A stretch of 63,872 bases of DNA, filler included, from Saprolegnia diclina VS20 (lineage: Eukaryota), in the NCBI RefSeq assembly GCF_000281045.1. It is 5 parts of 2 records of this genome, joined end to end, with 100 filler letters (N's around TTAATTAATTAA, not from the genome) between each part and the next. Parts side by side here need not be neighbours in the genome. Positions count along the whole stretch, not along the records: positions 1 to 13,611 come from NW_008246072.1; positions 13,712 to 25,906 come from NW_008246072.1; 3 more parts are not named here. One strand, given 5' to 3'. How positions within the stretch are numbered: position 1 is the stretch's first letter; the number at the start of each line of letters is the position of its first letter. Below, in pieces: positions 10,729 to 22,582 of this stretch. The notes under the pieces are model-generated. The model was not told the DNA's origin, searched no databases, and saw only the letters and a program-made list of their open reading frames with translations. The position numbers and the translations under genes are program-made.

Positions 10729-11292
10729 GTTGTTTGAATGGATCGTTTGAGAGTCAGCGTATTGCTTGTGCTGTGGACTGTAGCGATAGCTGGTACTTAC
10801 TTGCTGCAGTGACACCGCTAGGCGCAGCGGTGGGTGCTCCACTCTTCTACGAGTATACATGATCGTGTTATCTTCATTATAAAGACTTCCCATTTTAGAG
10901 ACTATCAACCTCCTTCTTCATTCACTGGCTGTGGCTGCGCAGGCGGCGGCGCGGGGGCTCGTCTTGGTCTTTTGCATTCGCCTGGGCCGCGAGTGAGGGC
11001 CATAACCCTTTTAGATGGATTCGTAGTAGTCCATGGAAGCTGTATGAGAGCGAGATGCTCACACTGTTGCGCGCGTGCGCCTCGCAAGACTTGCCAGCGC
11101 GGCGGCAAGGTCACCAGCAGCGCCAACTAAAGCTTTGAACTCGGATGACGCGGTTGAAGATTGCAGCTACGGTACAACAGTCGGCCTGTGATTGGCCAAA
11201 ATGCGATCCTTTGTTCGCCACCCCACGATCGCGGCCGCTGATTGGCCCATTCCGCGGAGTGATATGTGCAAGGCCATTGGGCGAAACCTCTC

Positions 11293-13237
11293 ATGAGTCA
11301 GTCGCCGCCACGAGTCCGCAAGGGGCGCGCACCGGCGGACGAGGACGCGGCGAACGAGACGCTGCCGCTCCTGCACTACGACCCGCTCGAGCCGACGAAG
11401 CCGCTGTACTCGGTCGCCGTGCGCATCGACCACCCGGCAGAGGAGAAGTGGATCGAAGATGCGTCGCCGACCAAGCTGGGCATTGCCGACGTGCGCGTCA
11501 TGGACTGGGACCACGCCAACACGGTATCCGTGGCCACCAATCGCCGGACCTCGATGCGCAAGACGTCCAACTTTAGCGACAGCGCGGGCGCCGAGGACAA
11601 CGAAGGCTTGAACGTGCTTTTGGATCCGTACTATGACGTGACGACCGGCCGCATGTGCCGCCTCTTTGCCTACTTTACGCACGACAGTACGCTCCATGTT
11701 TCAACGACCAGATTGTCATGTCATCGGTAGACAACGACCTCGTGACGTACGACGCCTTTCACCACGGGCTCCTCGCGCTCGGCATTGTGTGCCCCGACGG
11801 CGCCGACTTTGATGCGTTCGTGCGCAAGGTCGACTCGAATGCAGATTTGCACATTTCGTTTCCCGAGTTTGTCCGCGTCGTGCAGATGGTCAAGCTCGCG
11901 CACCTCTTCAAGCCCGAGTACGTGCTCCAGGCGCGCGCACTTCAAAGCGTCTTTCGCGTCGTCGACTACTCGGCATTGACCATCCACACAGTGGACCCTG
12001 TCCGGAAGCTCGAGAGCTTCATGTTCTCGTCGAAACCCACGTGGGCCAAGGTGCGCTGGGTGCACATGGCCGGCATCAGCGATCTCAACGACCTGCACCT
12101 GCGCCGGCTCGCGATCAAGTACCAGCTCCACCCGCTCGCTGTCGAAGACTGCCTCAAGAAGAGCGACAGCATTCGGTGCAAGTACGAGCATTATGAAGAC
12201 CACTCGTTTCTCGTACGATCATTCCTTGTCCTCTTATGCCATTTCAAACAAAAAGCCGCGTAGGTGGTGCCGGTGACGCGCCCCGTCGACGACGCCAAGG
12301 CGTGTCTCATCCAAAATTACATTCAAAAGCACCGCAACTTGCTCTTTGAACGCGACCAAGCGCTAGCCGATGGCAACGAAGAGTATGCGGACGATGATGA
12401 CTACGCGTCACAGACGCCCGAGACGCTCCACGGCATGCTCAAGAACCTCCGCTGCCTCATGCGCAAGCCGCAGCAGCTCTGCATCTTCATGGCGCGCGAT
12501 GAGAACGTGCTGAGCGTCCAGGAGGACGCCGACATGGACGACGCTGCGTTCCAGCTCTGGAGCGCGATCTACGACGACAACATGGGCAAGTCATACTCGA
12601 AGCTGCGCAACCACAACGCGCACTTTCTTGTGATTTCGATTTTGAACGCCATCGTCGACGAAATGCGGCCACTCATCCAAGTGTTTGAAGTCAAAGTCGC
12701 TGTCCTGGAGGCCCTGCAAGGGCTCGAGGGCACGAAGTTCGACACGAAGCTCGTGTCGCACGCCAAGAAGCAGCTTCTTGCACTGGACAAGCTCATTCGC
12801 CCGTTCTTGGACCTTGTCGACGGCCCAATGAGCGACCAGCCCGAGTTTCAAACGGTATTTTTGATGATTTTCATGGATTTTTTATGATTTGTTTCTCAAT
12901 TATCAATTAGGGCGAAGTCCGCAATTACGTGCGCGACGTGAAAGACCATCTCAAGCAAATGGCGAGCGACGTCAAGGAATACCAAGTCGCGCTCGGCACG
13001 ATCCTTACGGACGACCAGTACACGCGCGCTAAAGCACAGGCGGATGTGTCGTACACCATTTCGGTGGTCGCAGCGCTCTTCCTGCCCGGCACGTTCATGA
13101 CGGGTCTCTACGGCATGAACTTTGACAACATGCCCGAGCTCCACACGCAGAACGGATACTACGTCTGGTGGTTTGTCTTTGTGTGCATTTGCATCAGCAT
13201 GATCTCGTACCTTCGCTTCTACCGCGGATGGATCTAA
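11293..13237 (+). CDS. CorA-family Mg2+ transporter with N-terminal EF-hand(s), multi-exon
   Basis: Last exon has LPGTFMTGLYGMNFDNMPEL (GMN signature) and two TM helices. Internal VRWVHM and YQLHPLAVEDCL CorA motifs, and EF-hand-like DSNADLHISFPEF. Short introns near 11687-11729, 12213-12263 and 12855-12910. Confidence 0.9.
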
Positions 13238-13611
13238 GGATTTCATTCTCGTCTTTTGTTCATATGACAAATGTGTTGAGTGTCCGACCTCCCATCGAGG
13301 CGTCTCTTGCGTGGCGAACAGGACAGGTACGTCACCTTGACGGTGGTGCCGTCGACTGCAGAGTTGTCGAAGGATTCCAAAGGGATATACTGAGTACTAG
13401 TATATTTTTTGAAGGTGATGTGAGCGAGGATGCATTCGACGCCAAAGTGCAGTCAAGATACACGTCATGTCTGTTGCACGTATGGCAAGCTCTCGAGCTC
13501 ACGCCATCCGTACTAGTGGCCGACAACCTCGTACTGTGTGCTTCTCGCATTCAGCTAGGGTTGGGTGCCTATATCTGTCAAGTTATCAAGTTATGACGCA
13601 TGCATCTGCGC

Positions 13612-13711
13612 NNNNNNNNNNNNNNNNNNNNNNNNNNNNNNNNNNNNNNNNNNNNTTAATTAATTAANNNNNNNNNNNNNNNNNNNNNNNNNNNNNNNNN
13701 NNNNNNNNNNN
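13612..13711. other. Scaffold gap (N-run with TTAATTAATTAA linker)
   Basis: N bases flanking the 12-mer; the same design occurs at all four gaps. Confidence 0.98.
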
Positions 13712-15885
13712 CCTCGTTGCCCTCGTGGTTGTTGCTTCGGCGGCTCGAATGCCAATGTCCATTTCCCGCCGTCCCGACATACCTGCGGTGTCGTGCCAAC
13801 AGCTTGGATTTGGACTCGTGGTGTCCACGCCCGTCGTCCTTTCGACTAGTGCGTGGGTCGAACCGCGTACCACCGGCGCACCCATGAGTCATGTCGGCTC
13901 TATTTCCGATGGCGAAGGATCCCGTACAGAAAAAGGCCCGCGTGCGTACCCACTGCACGTTGCATACACGTCGTGTGCGCCAAATAACTAGCAAGCACGC
14001 ACGGTCGCCACGATCGACGATGCATACGCCATAGTCACGTTGTGCATAGTCCGTCTGCACTGCCGTCTGCAACGCGTTGCGCGAGGTATGTGTCGCACTC
14101 GCCCCACATAAGTGCATGCACTACGCGGGGGTGCGTCCAGCATTTCCCATGCGCGCTGCTTGACAGTCGAGCGGTGTGGATCGGCCGTGGAGCGGTAGAG
14201 ACGTTGCATTTGTCTTTTTGCTACGATCTGCAACATCTTGGAGCTGCTTTCGCAGCCGATCCCCGGGTTACAGCGCGCTGTGACGTTGAACGTGCTGCGG
14301 TCGTCGTAATATCACACGTCGCGCACCTTCGTCCGTCGCACGGTAGTACGGTAGTAGTGATGGGTCGGTATACATAGGCAGCAGCGAGGGGCCGACCAAA
14401 AGTCTGAACCTCGCGTCACTTCTTCGTCGCGACCTGCTTGGAAACATTGCATGCAAAGACGATCTCCATCCGGACCGTTTTAGGATCCAACGAGCCGAAA
14501 ATACTCGTGCACTCAGTTCATTCCGTTGCAGTCAGTTAGTATAGAAACGGTGTGTTTACGTGAAACTGCCTGCCGCGGTGATGCTTTTCCACCCAGTCGA
14601 AAGTCGAACCAATGCCTGGCGCACGTCAACCGAAGTAAGTATCTTTGAGCACCTGGATACTTTGCACTGTTATCCGCCAAGATCGCCAACAACGTCGGAC
14701 TGATGAGACTTCGGTCCTCCAAGCGAAACGCCGCAAATCGCTGTACATGAGCCAATCTCGATACATGCAGAGTCACCCAAGGGCCCAATCGACTTGGTCG
14801 CACGAGGTGAGCTGTTGCAACAGAGAACGCACGACGCATCTCCTGCTCGAATGGGAGGTTCACGATCGATGTTGCAAAGAAGCTGCGTGCGCTCAGCTGA
14901 TGGCGGAGACGCCCATACAAGGTTGTCGACTGGATGCATTTTTCCATTCGAACAACCCTCGATCGCGCCGGGTCATGCTGAGAGGTCGTTCTCATTTTAT
15001 ATTCTCGGGCGCGAAAGAAATCTTGGCACAAATCAGCGCCCACTGGGGTCGGAACTATCCCGCGCGCACTCGCAAGACAAGAAGCATTAGTGCGCGCCTC
15101 CATTAATCACTTCCATCCTTATCGATCCCTCCACAAGTCGAGCACCCTCGATGTGACCGTACCTCGCTGGTGTTATTTCCATTTCCGCGACGGCAAATCC
15201 GGAACGGCTTTGCTTACTTTGTAGCAGCAGGCTGCGTATATAATTCGGGTTACTAAGCGTGTGGCCGCTATCTGCACTGGTCCCAAGCGTGTTGATGGGC
15301 AGCCTCGATACAAATCGCGAGACCGACCGGTAACGTTGCTCCGAGCACGCACTGGGTATTTTTCGTTGACTTTACAGTGACACATTCGAAATGCGCATAG
15401 TACACGGCGTTTTATCGGGTAATATAATCGGGAAAATTAGCCTTTCGCGCTTGCTACTTGGGTGGTGGCGCTTACGCGCTGGAACGGTCGAGCGTATCCG
15501 TTTGAGTGGGGGTCCCATGCACCAAGGACGACGACAACGCGACCACACGGCGTGCGATAGCCCATAGCCCGGATGCAGTGGAAAGATATGGGTCAGCTTA
15601 ATGGAATCGTCTGCGTTGCGAGAACGTTGCTGTTTGTGAGCCGAAGGACCGCCTCTGTGCAATGGTCATGGACCACAGCAGCGTAACGACTGTCCCAGCG
15701 TTGCGTACCAAGCAGGCGCAAACGCATGGCTCTCGTTACACATGCGCCTTGGTGTTTCGGCGGCTAGTGGCCCAACACCCAAGTGTGGTGGCTCCAGAAG
15801 TTTTTAGAACCAAGTCCGGATACTGGTAGACTTGACGGCCAGGTGGTGTCATTGCACCAAACGTGACGTCGTTGGTATACGAAGT

Positions 15886-16670
15886 ATGGAGATCGACCGC
15901 ATCCTCTGCAGCTCCAAGAAGCGCCGCTTTGGCGACGATGGCAACGACGACGACGATGACAATGAGATTGAAACGGACGGGCACGACGTCGCCCACGACC
16001 TGCAGACGCTCATGGACATTGCGGCCGACCTCGGCTTTGTCGTCTCGGACGCGACCTTTGAGAGCTGGGCCGAGTGCACCGAGAAGGTTCGCCTCCTCGG
16101 TCTCCGCAGCCACTTTCAGCTCTACTTTGCCAAAGGCAACTCGCGCCACCGGTCGTGGAAGTGCAAGTCCGATCCGACGTGTCCGTTCGAGGTCCGGGCG
16201 TGCCAGCAGCGCAACAGCGAGGTACTCTCTTCGTCGTCGTCGGCATCAGCCTCATGGTAAGCGTAGGTCAAGGTCACGATGGCCAACTTGATCCACAACC
16301 ACACCTTGAGCCGCAACGAGGTCCACCCCAACACCCCGAAATCGGCGCGCCAACAGCGCAACCGAACGCTCACCGTCGAAATGGTAGAACACGAGTGAAT
16401 ATTGACGGTCGATTTACCGTGTACTACGACTACTAGGCGGTCAACGTGGTTGTCGAGCACGTACAGTATGAGCCGAGCCTCGTGACTTGTTCGATCGTCA
16501 AGGAGGCGATCGCCGAAGCCTTTGGCATGCAGTGCAAAAAGTCGTTTGCATCAACCGTCAAGCAGCGCGCGCTCGCGTATCTTGGCGCGACGCCACGCTC
16601 GAGCATCGTCCAGGATAACGACAGCGACAGCGCAAGCCTCGTGGATGACAAGCCTGGCAACCAAACTTGA
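15886..16670 (+). CDS. MuDR/MULE-type DNA-binding-domain protein without a DDE transposase core (3 exons)
   Basis: Introns 16222-16266 and ~16384-16436 join WKCKSDPTCPFEVRACQQRNSE to VKVTMANLIHNHT (C-x4-C..H-x-H, WRKY/GCM1/MuDR-like). This is followed by helical IVKEAIAEAFGMQCKKSFASTVKQRAL, like MULE N-termini. The N-terminus has a basic KKRR motif. Confidence 0.62.
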
Positions 16671-18624
16671 TAGCAAACAGATAGGTAGATGAAGAAGAAC
16701 GAAGACAAGCTTACTATAATGAATCATGATGTGGAGAAGGTGGAGACGTGTCTTTGGCGGCCGTTGTTGTAGGCAGTCGTGGTTGGTCGGTTGTATGCGG
16801 AGCAATAACGTGGGATACGTACGGGCCGCGCGACGCGTTTCTTGGGTGGCGACGCCGCTTCGAGATGCGTGCATATATGTGCTATCAGTCCTTTCATGCA
16901 AAATGGCCATACGGGCTCATTGTCGTGGGACATTGTTCGGCAATGGGGTCTCGTCGCGACCTGTTAACTACCCACTCGAAGTAACACTTTCCGTGGGGAG
17001 GTAAGGAGTCCTGTCGCCACCGCCGTGATTTAGTTGGCGACGACAGTTTGTACCGTGCGCTGCCAAAACGTCGTGGAGATGGGCCGCACGCACAAGCGAG
17101 CGGACTGTTGCATACTGGGCTTGCCATCGTACCCAGGACTTGGTACTGCCTGGCGTAATCAGCTCCTCGTCGCCACAGCGATAATGGCAGGAAACAAGAG
17201 GGGCTCGACCATTTCGCCGTTCGTTGGCAGCGCCCAAGTGGTGCCAAATAGAATCTTCTTCATTGGGATATCAACTTTTAATTACGTACCACAAAATATG
17301 ATAAGTCACAAACGAACGCTCCGTAATGCAAACGCAGCAGCATTCTTCTTCTTTGGGCGATCGATTTTACGTGGTATAATTCGCTGAGCGCAGACCTGCT
17401 CCAGTTGGGTGCGATTGGACGAGGAGCTTTGCGTGTCGTACTTCTGCAAATGGCATTGACACGTCGCGAAATGCATCCGACCGCGACACGCCGCGGGCTG
17501 CTGCGTTGGACTTCTGCGAGAAGGCGTCGAAATATCGCACGAGTCATGTTGACCATTTCAACCAAAGCCGATCGACCAACGACGTTGATTAACATAGCGT
17601 CCATCACATGAGCGCACAGCGCACAAGTATTGGCTTCGGCGCGTCTACGACTACCAGGTGGCATGCCACCGCGGTCTCATCGTAGTGTCGACAACCGACA
17701 CGAGAAGATCGCAATTCGATTAACCAATCAACGACAGACACCACAGTCAATGTCGTCTCTCATTGGCCATGTCATTTTTCATGTTTCGCGATCTTGTCCA
17801 CAGCGTCGTGCTGTCTTTTGAGCTTGAACGCCTTGGGCGAGGTATACTAGTATGCGAGGAGATCAATCATGGTTTTATGTCTTTGATAAATGGCAGTCTG
17901 CGTTTCGTCGTCGCACCTCCTCTCGATCAGAACACAGTGGATTTCAATATACATATGTAGCTCAAAGCACCGAAAGACGCCGATGGTCTTGACGAAAATC
18001 GAGCCAGCAAGGCGGTCGCTTGCCAGATCCACTTGCGTAGCACTTTTAGTGCGGGCGTGTGCACGCCCGTCAGCTACGAGGAAGCTGCGTCAACTGCTGT
18101 ATAATCGCGCAAGAATCGACTACATGTACAAGGAGCACCCGAATGCTCGCGCGGTGTCGCCGCGACACGACGTGTGCGTCATATATATATGCTGTCGGAA
18201 AAGAACAAAAAAAATGCGCGCAGCCAATAATGTCTATCGTATCGGACAGCCTGCGATCGCTTGACGCGCCATAATCCTGAGCTTCTCAATCACGTGGATG
18301 CGACGTCGCAGGGCGCCACGGCACGACCATTGCCATGATGCTAGCGCGTCACAAAGGATGGAGCGTCACCGACATTTTCGTGCCCGCGCTCACGGCCGCG
18401 AAACCTCGTGGCACAGTGTCGCACTTGCTACGGTCGACCATAAATCGATCGCAAGACACCAGACGATTCGACACGCTGCTCGGCCGTCGCAGCACCTGAC
18501 CACCAAAGAAAGCCTCTCCGATCCTAGGCCCAACACAATACACTATTATGAGAAGTACACATCGTCGAGTTACGTAGTCCAATGTGGATATATTAAATAG
18601 TGCGATACTTACAACTAAATGCGT

Positions 18625-19665
18625 CTAAATGGAGCAAATGCCAATCTCAGACGACGCCAGCGGCTTGATGGCAAGCGACCGCTGGGAGCGCACCACGTCG
18701 GCCGTGTGCTCGGCCTTGGCGATGAGCGCCTGCATCATGTCGTGGGCTTCGCCGTACGACGGTGCCGCATGAAGGCGCATGTTTGTGGGCGGGCTCGACG
18801 GCCACGCGTCGATCAGGCCCACGAGCATCGGGCCGAGCGACTGCGCAATCACTTGGAGCTCCTGGATGCTCTCGGGCGTCGGCACCGTGAACGACGTCGA
18901 GGCCAAGTCGAGCGTCCCAATGCAGTGGTCGTCGTCGACCATGACGGGAATGCTCATGAACGTCTTGACATGCGGCTGCGCACTCCACGGATGGCTTGTC
19001 AAGTGGCCGATGCCTTGAAAGCTCGAGGTCCCCGGTACTGGCGTCGCTTCGAGCGACTGGACGAGCATCGAATGGTCCCATACGCCTTGGCTCCAGTCGC
19101 TGTAGCCGTACGCGGCGACCGCAAACACGCGCTGGGGCCCAATGAGCTGGATGCTGGCGATCGTGGCGTTGGCCGCGAATGCCGCCTGGTGCAGCAAGTT
19201 GCTCAGCGGCCCGTGCGCGCGCAAAGCCGCCACGTGGGCCTCGACGCGAACGCATCGCACGGAAAGAAAGGCGATCGGGTCGTCGTGGTCGGTCACGGTT
19301 TGGTCGTCGATAAAGTCGGCAGCGTCAAATGTCTCTTGGGCTGCGGTTGCTGCTGCTGGTTGCTGCTCGGGCGCGGCGGGCGGCGGCGTCGTGAGCACCC
19401 ACGGCCGGCGCGCAGGAATCGGGAGTGGCGACGGTCGCCGCGAGACGCCGTCTTGCTTGGTCGGCTTGCGCGTGCCGCGGTAGCTCAAGAGGAGCTTGGG
19501 CGACGTGGTGGGTTTGGACGGAAGGATGGTCGCGGCCGCCTCCTTGCAGTGGAGGCACTTGTTGCTGTCGCCGGCGCAGTCGCGGCAAATGGCCGCACTG
19601 CACACGACGCACGAGTGGCGTCGGCGGATGAGATTGAACGACTTGGCGCACAGTGCACACGGCAT
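18625..19665 (-). CDS. FYVE-like zinc finger + GAF-like domain protein
   Basis: CALCAKSFNLIRRRHSCVVCSAAICRDC..KCLHC, followed by GAF-like ASIQLIG...HPW..PHVKTFMSIPVMVDDDHCIGTLDL. Confidence 0.78.
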   Translation of the reverse strand: MPCALCAKSFNLIRRRHSCVVCSAAICRDCAGDSNKCLHCKEAAATILPSKPTTSPKLLLSYRGTRKPTKQDGVSRRPSPLPIPARRPWVLTTPPPAAPEQQPAAATAAQETFDAADFIDDQTVTDHDDPIAFLSVRCVRVEAHVAALRAHGPLSNLLHQAAFAANATIASIQLIGPQRVFAVAAYGYSDWSQGVWDHSMLVQSLEATPVPGTSSFQGIGHLTSHPWSAQPHVKTFMSIPVMVDDDHCIGTLDLASTSFTVPTPESIQELQVIAQSLGPMLVGLIDAWPSSPPTNMRLHAAPSYGEAHDMMQALIAKAEHTADVVRSQRSLAIKPLASSEIGICSI

Positions 19666-21471
19666 TCTGGTGTTGGATGGCCAATACTAGAGTGACGCGG
19701 TCGATTCTACACTGTGCAAAACGCGCCAGATGGCACTCAGACACAACATAAGTCACGGGTGCCCTCTTGCGAAAAGGCGTCTGTTTGTCAAACCGAGGTG
19801 CGCCACGAAATTGCATGTCGACATTGCACTTGATGTTTGTATGGGATCGCGGCTGCCAGCATCGATGCAAGTGCAAGGTCTGGTGTCCTGCTAGCATCGC
19901 GTACAAGTGAAACCAGACAAATGCGCGCAAATTTGCAAATTTGCGCGCTTCGACTCGTGTCGTCGCAGCAGAGTCGCTGGTCAAGAGACTGGGATAGCAC
20001 CTGCACTTGCGCAGTTGCACAGCCTGTCGCGACCTCATCATCATCCACGGCGCACAGTTCGCATCGTAGCGACGTAAAGAAGCAAAGAAGAGAACCTTTG
20101 GGCGACGCCGATTCGGACGCCAAAGTTCAAGCGCATGAGAGAGTGTAGGTGCACGGCAGAGGTATGGCCGAGATGCGCAAAATGCGAGAGTAAATGCCAG
20201 AGAAAAAAAGGAGCTTCATGGACGTTGAAGGAAGAGGTGGAGGAGGTGCGGGAGGTGTACATCGAGGATCTGCTACTTGCATGTACCACATACGCGTTGG
20301 GAGTGCATATCTGGTATCTATCTCTTCCCATCTACCAGACAGCCCATCGCGCGTGTTGTCAGATTGGAACCAACGGCCTCGCTCGCTTCATGCGGTCTAG
20401 ATGTGGCGACGTCGTTATTTGTGTTCGCTGCACTTTTTTCCGACGGGGACAACGCGAGAAAGAGGCAGCATGCACGAGTCGTTGCCTCGACAGTCCATGA
20501 TGTGGGTCGCCGCTCCATAGTACGACGATGCAGGCGTGTTTACCTAACACAACAAGCAAGCGAGGCGTCCGCCTTTTCTGTCGCGGCGTGGGTCCTGCTC
20601 GTGTATGCGATTTCATCGCTGAGCTTGAACTCTCCACCGCGAAAAGTTTTATTCAGCCTTCGAAAAACACAATGATGTATAAAACACAGAGCACTATAGC
20701 CATTTCAAATGTACCATCACGTGTACCAGCTGTGGTTTAAAGCTCGAGATGTTTTCAACACGCCCGGCCCATTTCGGGGCCAGCCATCAGGCACAAAAAC
20801 GCGGAAGCGCAGCCTTGTCAGCATGTCTATGGATGGCACAAGAGCACACGACACTTGCTTTTGCCTTTGCAAAGAAACGTGCAGCAAGACGCGTACCGCG
20901 GACCTCCGCGGACCATGGATGTGGCCGCGACAAGTGATCGAACAAAGTCCGCCAGCCAAGTCCGCCGATGTCTCGTTCAAGACGGTAGGCCCAAGCGCCG
21001 GGTACTACACTACGTCGCTGGACTACTGTCGCACGCACACGTCGTTGCACGATCCACCATGCACCCCATGCGAGCTCCGCGTGCAAAGCACGCTGCAGCG
21101 TTTGTGCTGGGTATATGAAACACTGTTTGAAAAACACTGTCTTGCACACCGGATATGTTGAAACGCTGTTTCCTGGATGGCCACGACACTGGCAGCGACG
21201 TTGACAATCCACGCACCCTTTGATGGTTGATGATGCAGTCAGTAGCAAGTCGCTACTGACGTGTCGTTGTTAGGACTCCGCGCGTTGATTTCGTAAAAAT
21301 ACCAGCGGAAAATGTTCGTTTGAAAGAGGATGCGATCCATCCAGCCCAAGGGAATACCAGTAAAATCATATCCCTTGATCGAGCCCAAGGTGCTACCCAG
21401 TTTGTGTGCAGTGGACGAGGCTCGTTGGTAGTACGAGTAGTCGAGTTTACCATCATAAAGCACATGCCATC

Positions 21472-21786
21472 CTACAGCTCGCTCTTGCGTTCGGGCTCAG
21501 AGGGTCGAAAGGGTACTACGATGTGCACGACGGCCGCGCCGTGCGATGCCACGTCACGGCTCGTTTTCGGTCGCACAACCATCGCAACTGGGACGTGCTC
21601 GGGCGGCGGTGGGTCGTCCACGAGGTTGCGCAGCGGCGAGCTTTTCGAACGCGTGAACGTGGGCTTGCGCGCGCGCTTCGTGTGGGGCGCTTCCAAGAGC
21701 TCCCGCAGTGTCGGCGTCAGCGCCCACATGTCAAAATGGCCATTAGCCATCACATCGACCAGTGCGCAGTGGTGCCAATCGACCAC
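21472..21786 (-). CDS. Possible hypothetical protein (3' exon)
   Basis: 104-aa ORF with coding-like GC bias; the 5' end is unresolved. Confidence 0.3.
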   Translation of the reverse strand: MVDWHHCALVDVMANGHFDMWALTPTLRELLEAPHTKRARKPTFTRSKSSPLRNLVDDPPPPEHVPVAMVVRPKTSRDVASHGAAVVHIVVPFRPSEPERKSEL

Positions 21787-21884
21787 GCGCCGTCAGTAGC
21801 ACGGGCCGTGGGCGCGAAATATGTTCGAGTAGCTTGGCGTATTGGGTACGAGATTCTCTGCCCGCATGAGTGCAAGAGTGCTGC

Positions 21885-21954
21885 AAACGGGTGGCGCATT
21901 TTATTTGCAAGGTTGCAATGCTGTTGGTAGTGGGATTGTGGCGCCAAAAGCAAC
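21885..21954. repeat. 70-bp direct repeat, copy 1 (copy 2 at 25837-25906)
   Basis: AAACGGGTGGCGCATTTTATTTGCAAGG...GGCGCCAAAAGCAAC is identical at both sites, with additional shared GAGATTCTCTGCCC just upstream. Confidence 0.93.
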
Positions 21955-22207
21955 ATAGCGACCATGAACGCGAGATTGCGCTGCAGCTGAATTTTCCTTG
22001 TGCTTGGGCGGCAAGCAAGCGACTTGAGAAGACCAGGTGATGAAAGGCGGGTTGATGCAGCACTAGCCTCGAATACGATGCCTCGTGACTAGTGAGTGAC
22101 AGTGCCATATTAGCGTTCTATCGGCACTTGATGCAGTCATTGGTCAGTACAAGGTGTGTTGCCAGCAGCCCCACTGGGGCAGCTGTGGTGGATCGCGGCC
22201 ATCGCAG

Positions 22208-22277
22208 TTGTACCACTGGTTGTTGTTGAAATGAGTTATGAGTGTTGAAATGAGTTATTACCACTGGTTGTTGTACC
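22208..22277. repeat. Nested short duplications (TACCACTGGTTGTTGT x2; TGTTGAAATGAGTTAT x2)
   Basis: Read directly from the sequence. Confidence 0.8.
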
Positions 22278-22582
22278 ATCACAAGTCGCTATCCGGGTAT
22301 AGTTGAACTTGTTGCTGATGGTCCAGGGAATAAAACCGATCATTCCCTTGCTGATGGTGCACGAGATGCCGCCAAGATCCAGTTTCTGCAGCGCCCGTCG
22401 TAAAGCTCACCAGGCCGGAGTCATAGCGGGTAATCGGACGATGGGACATTGCGTTGTGGAAATCATCATGGAAATGTGTATCGTCCAGAACCAAACTTGT
22501 TGTCGGCTAGTACATACCATGCAGGGTGTTCATCTTCTCGTACAATTCTCGAGACGAATACATTTCACATGGGTACAGTCAA

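Noticed and set aside
13656..13667. Palindromic TTAATTAATTAA repeated four times (also ~25951, ~44463, ~61284)
   Set aside because: Always centred in N-runs; an artificial all-frame stop linker added during scaffolding.
14611..15106. Possible spliced small gene
   Set aside because: No recognisable motif and weak coding bias; cannot be supported.
20135..20500. Cys-rich 121-aa ORF
   Set aside because: The Cys spacing fits no zinc-finger pattern I can identify, and the coding signal is weak.
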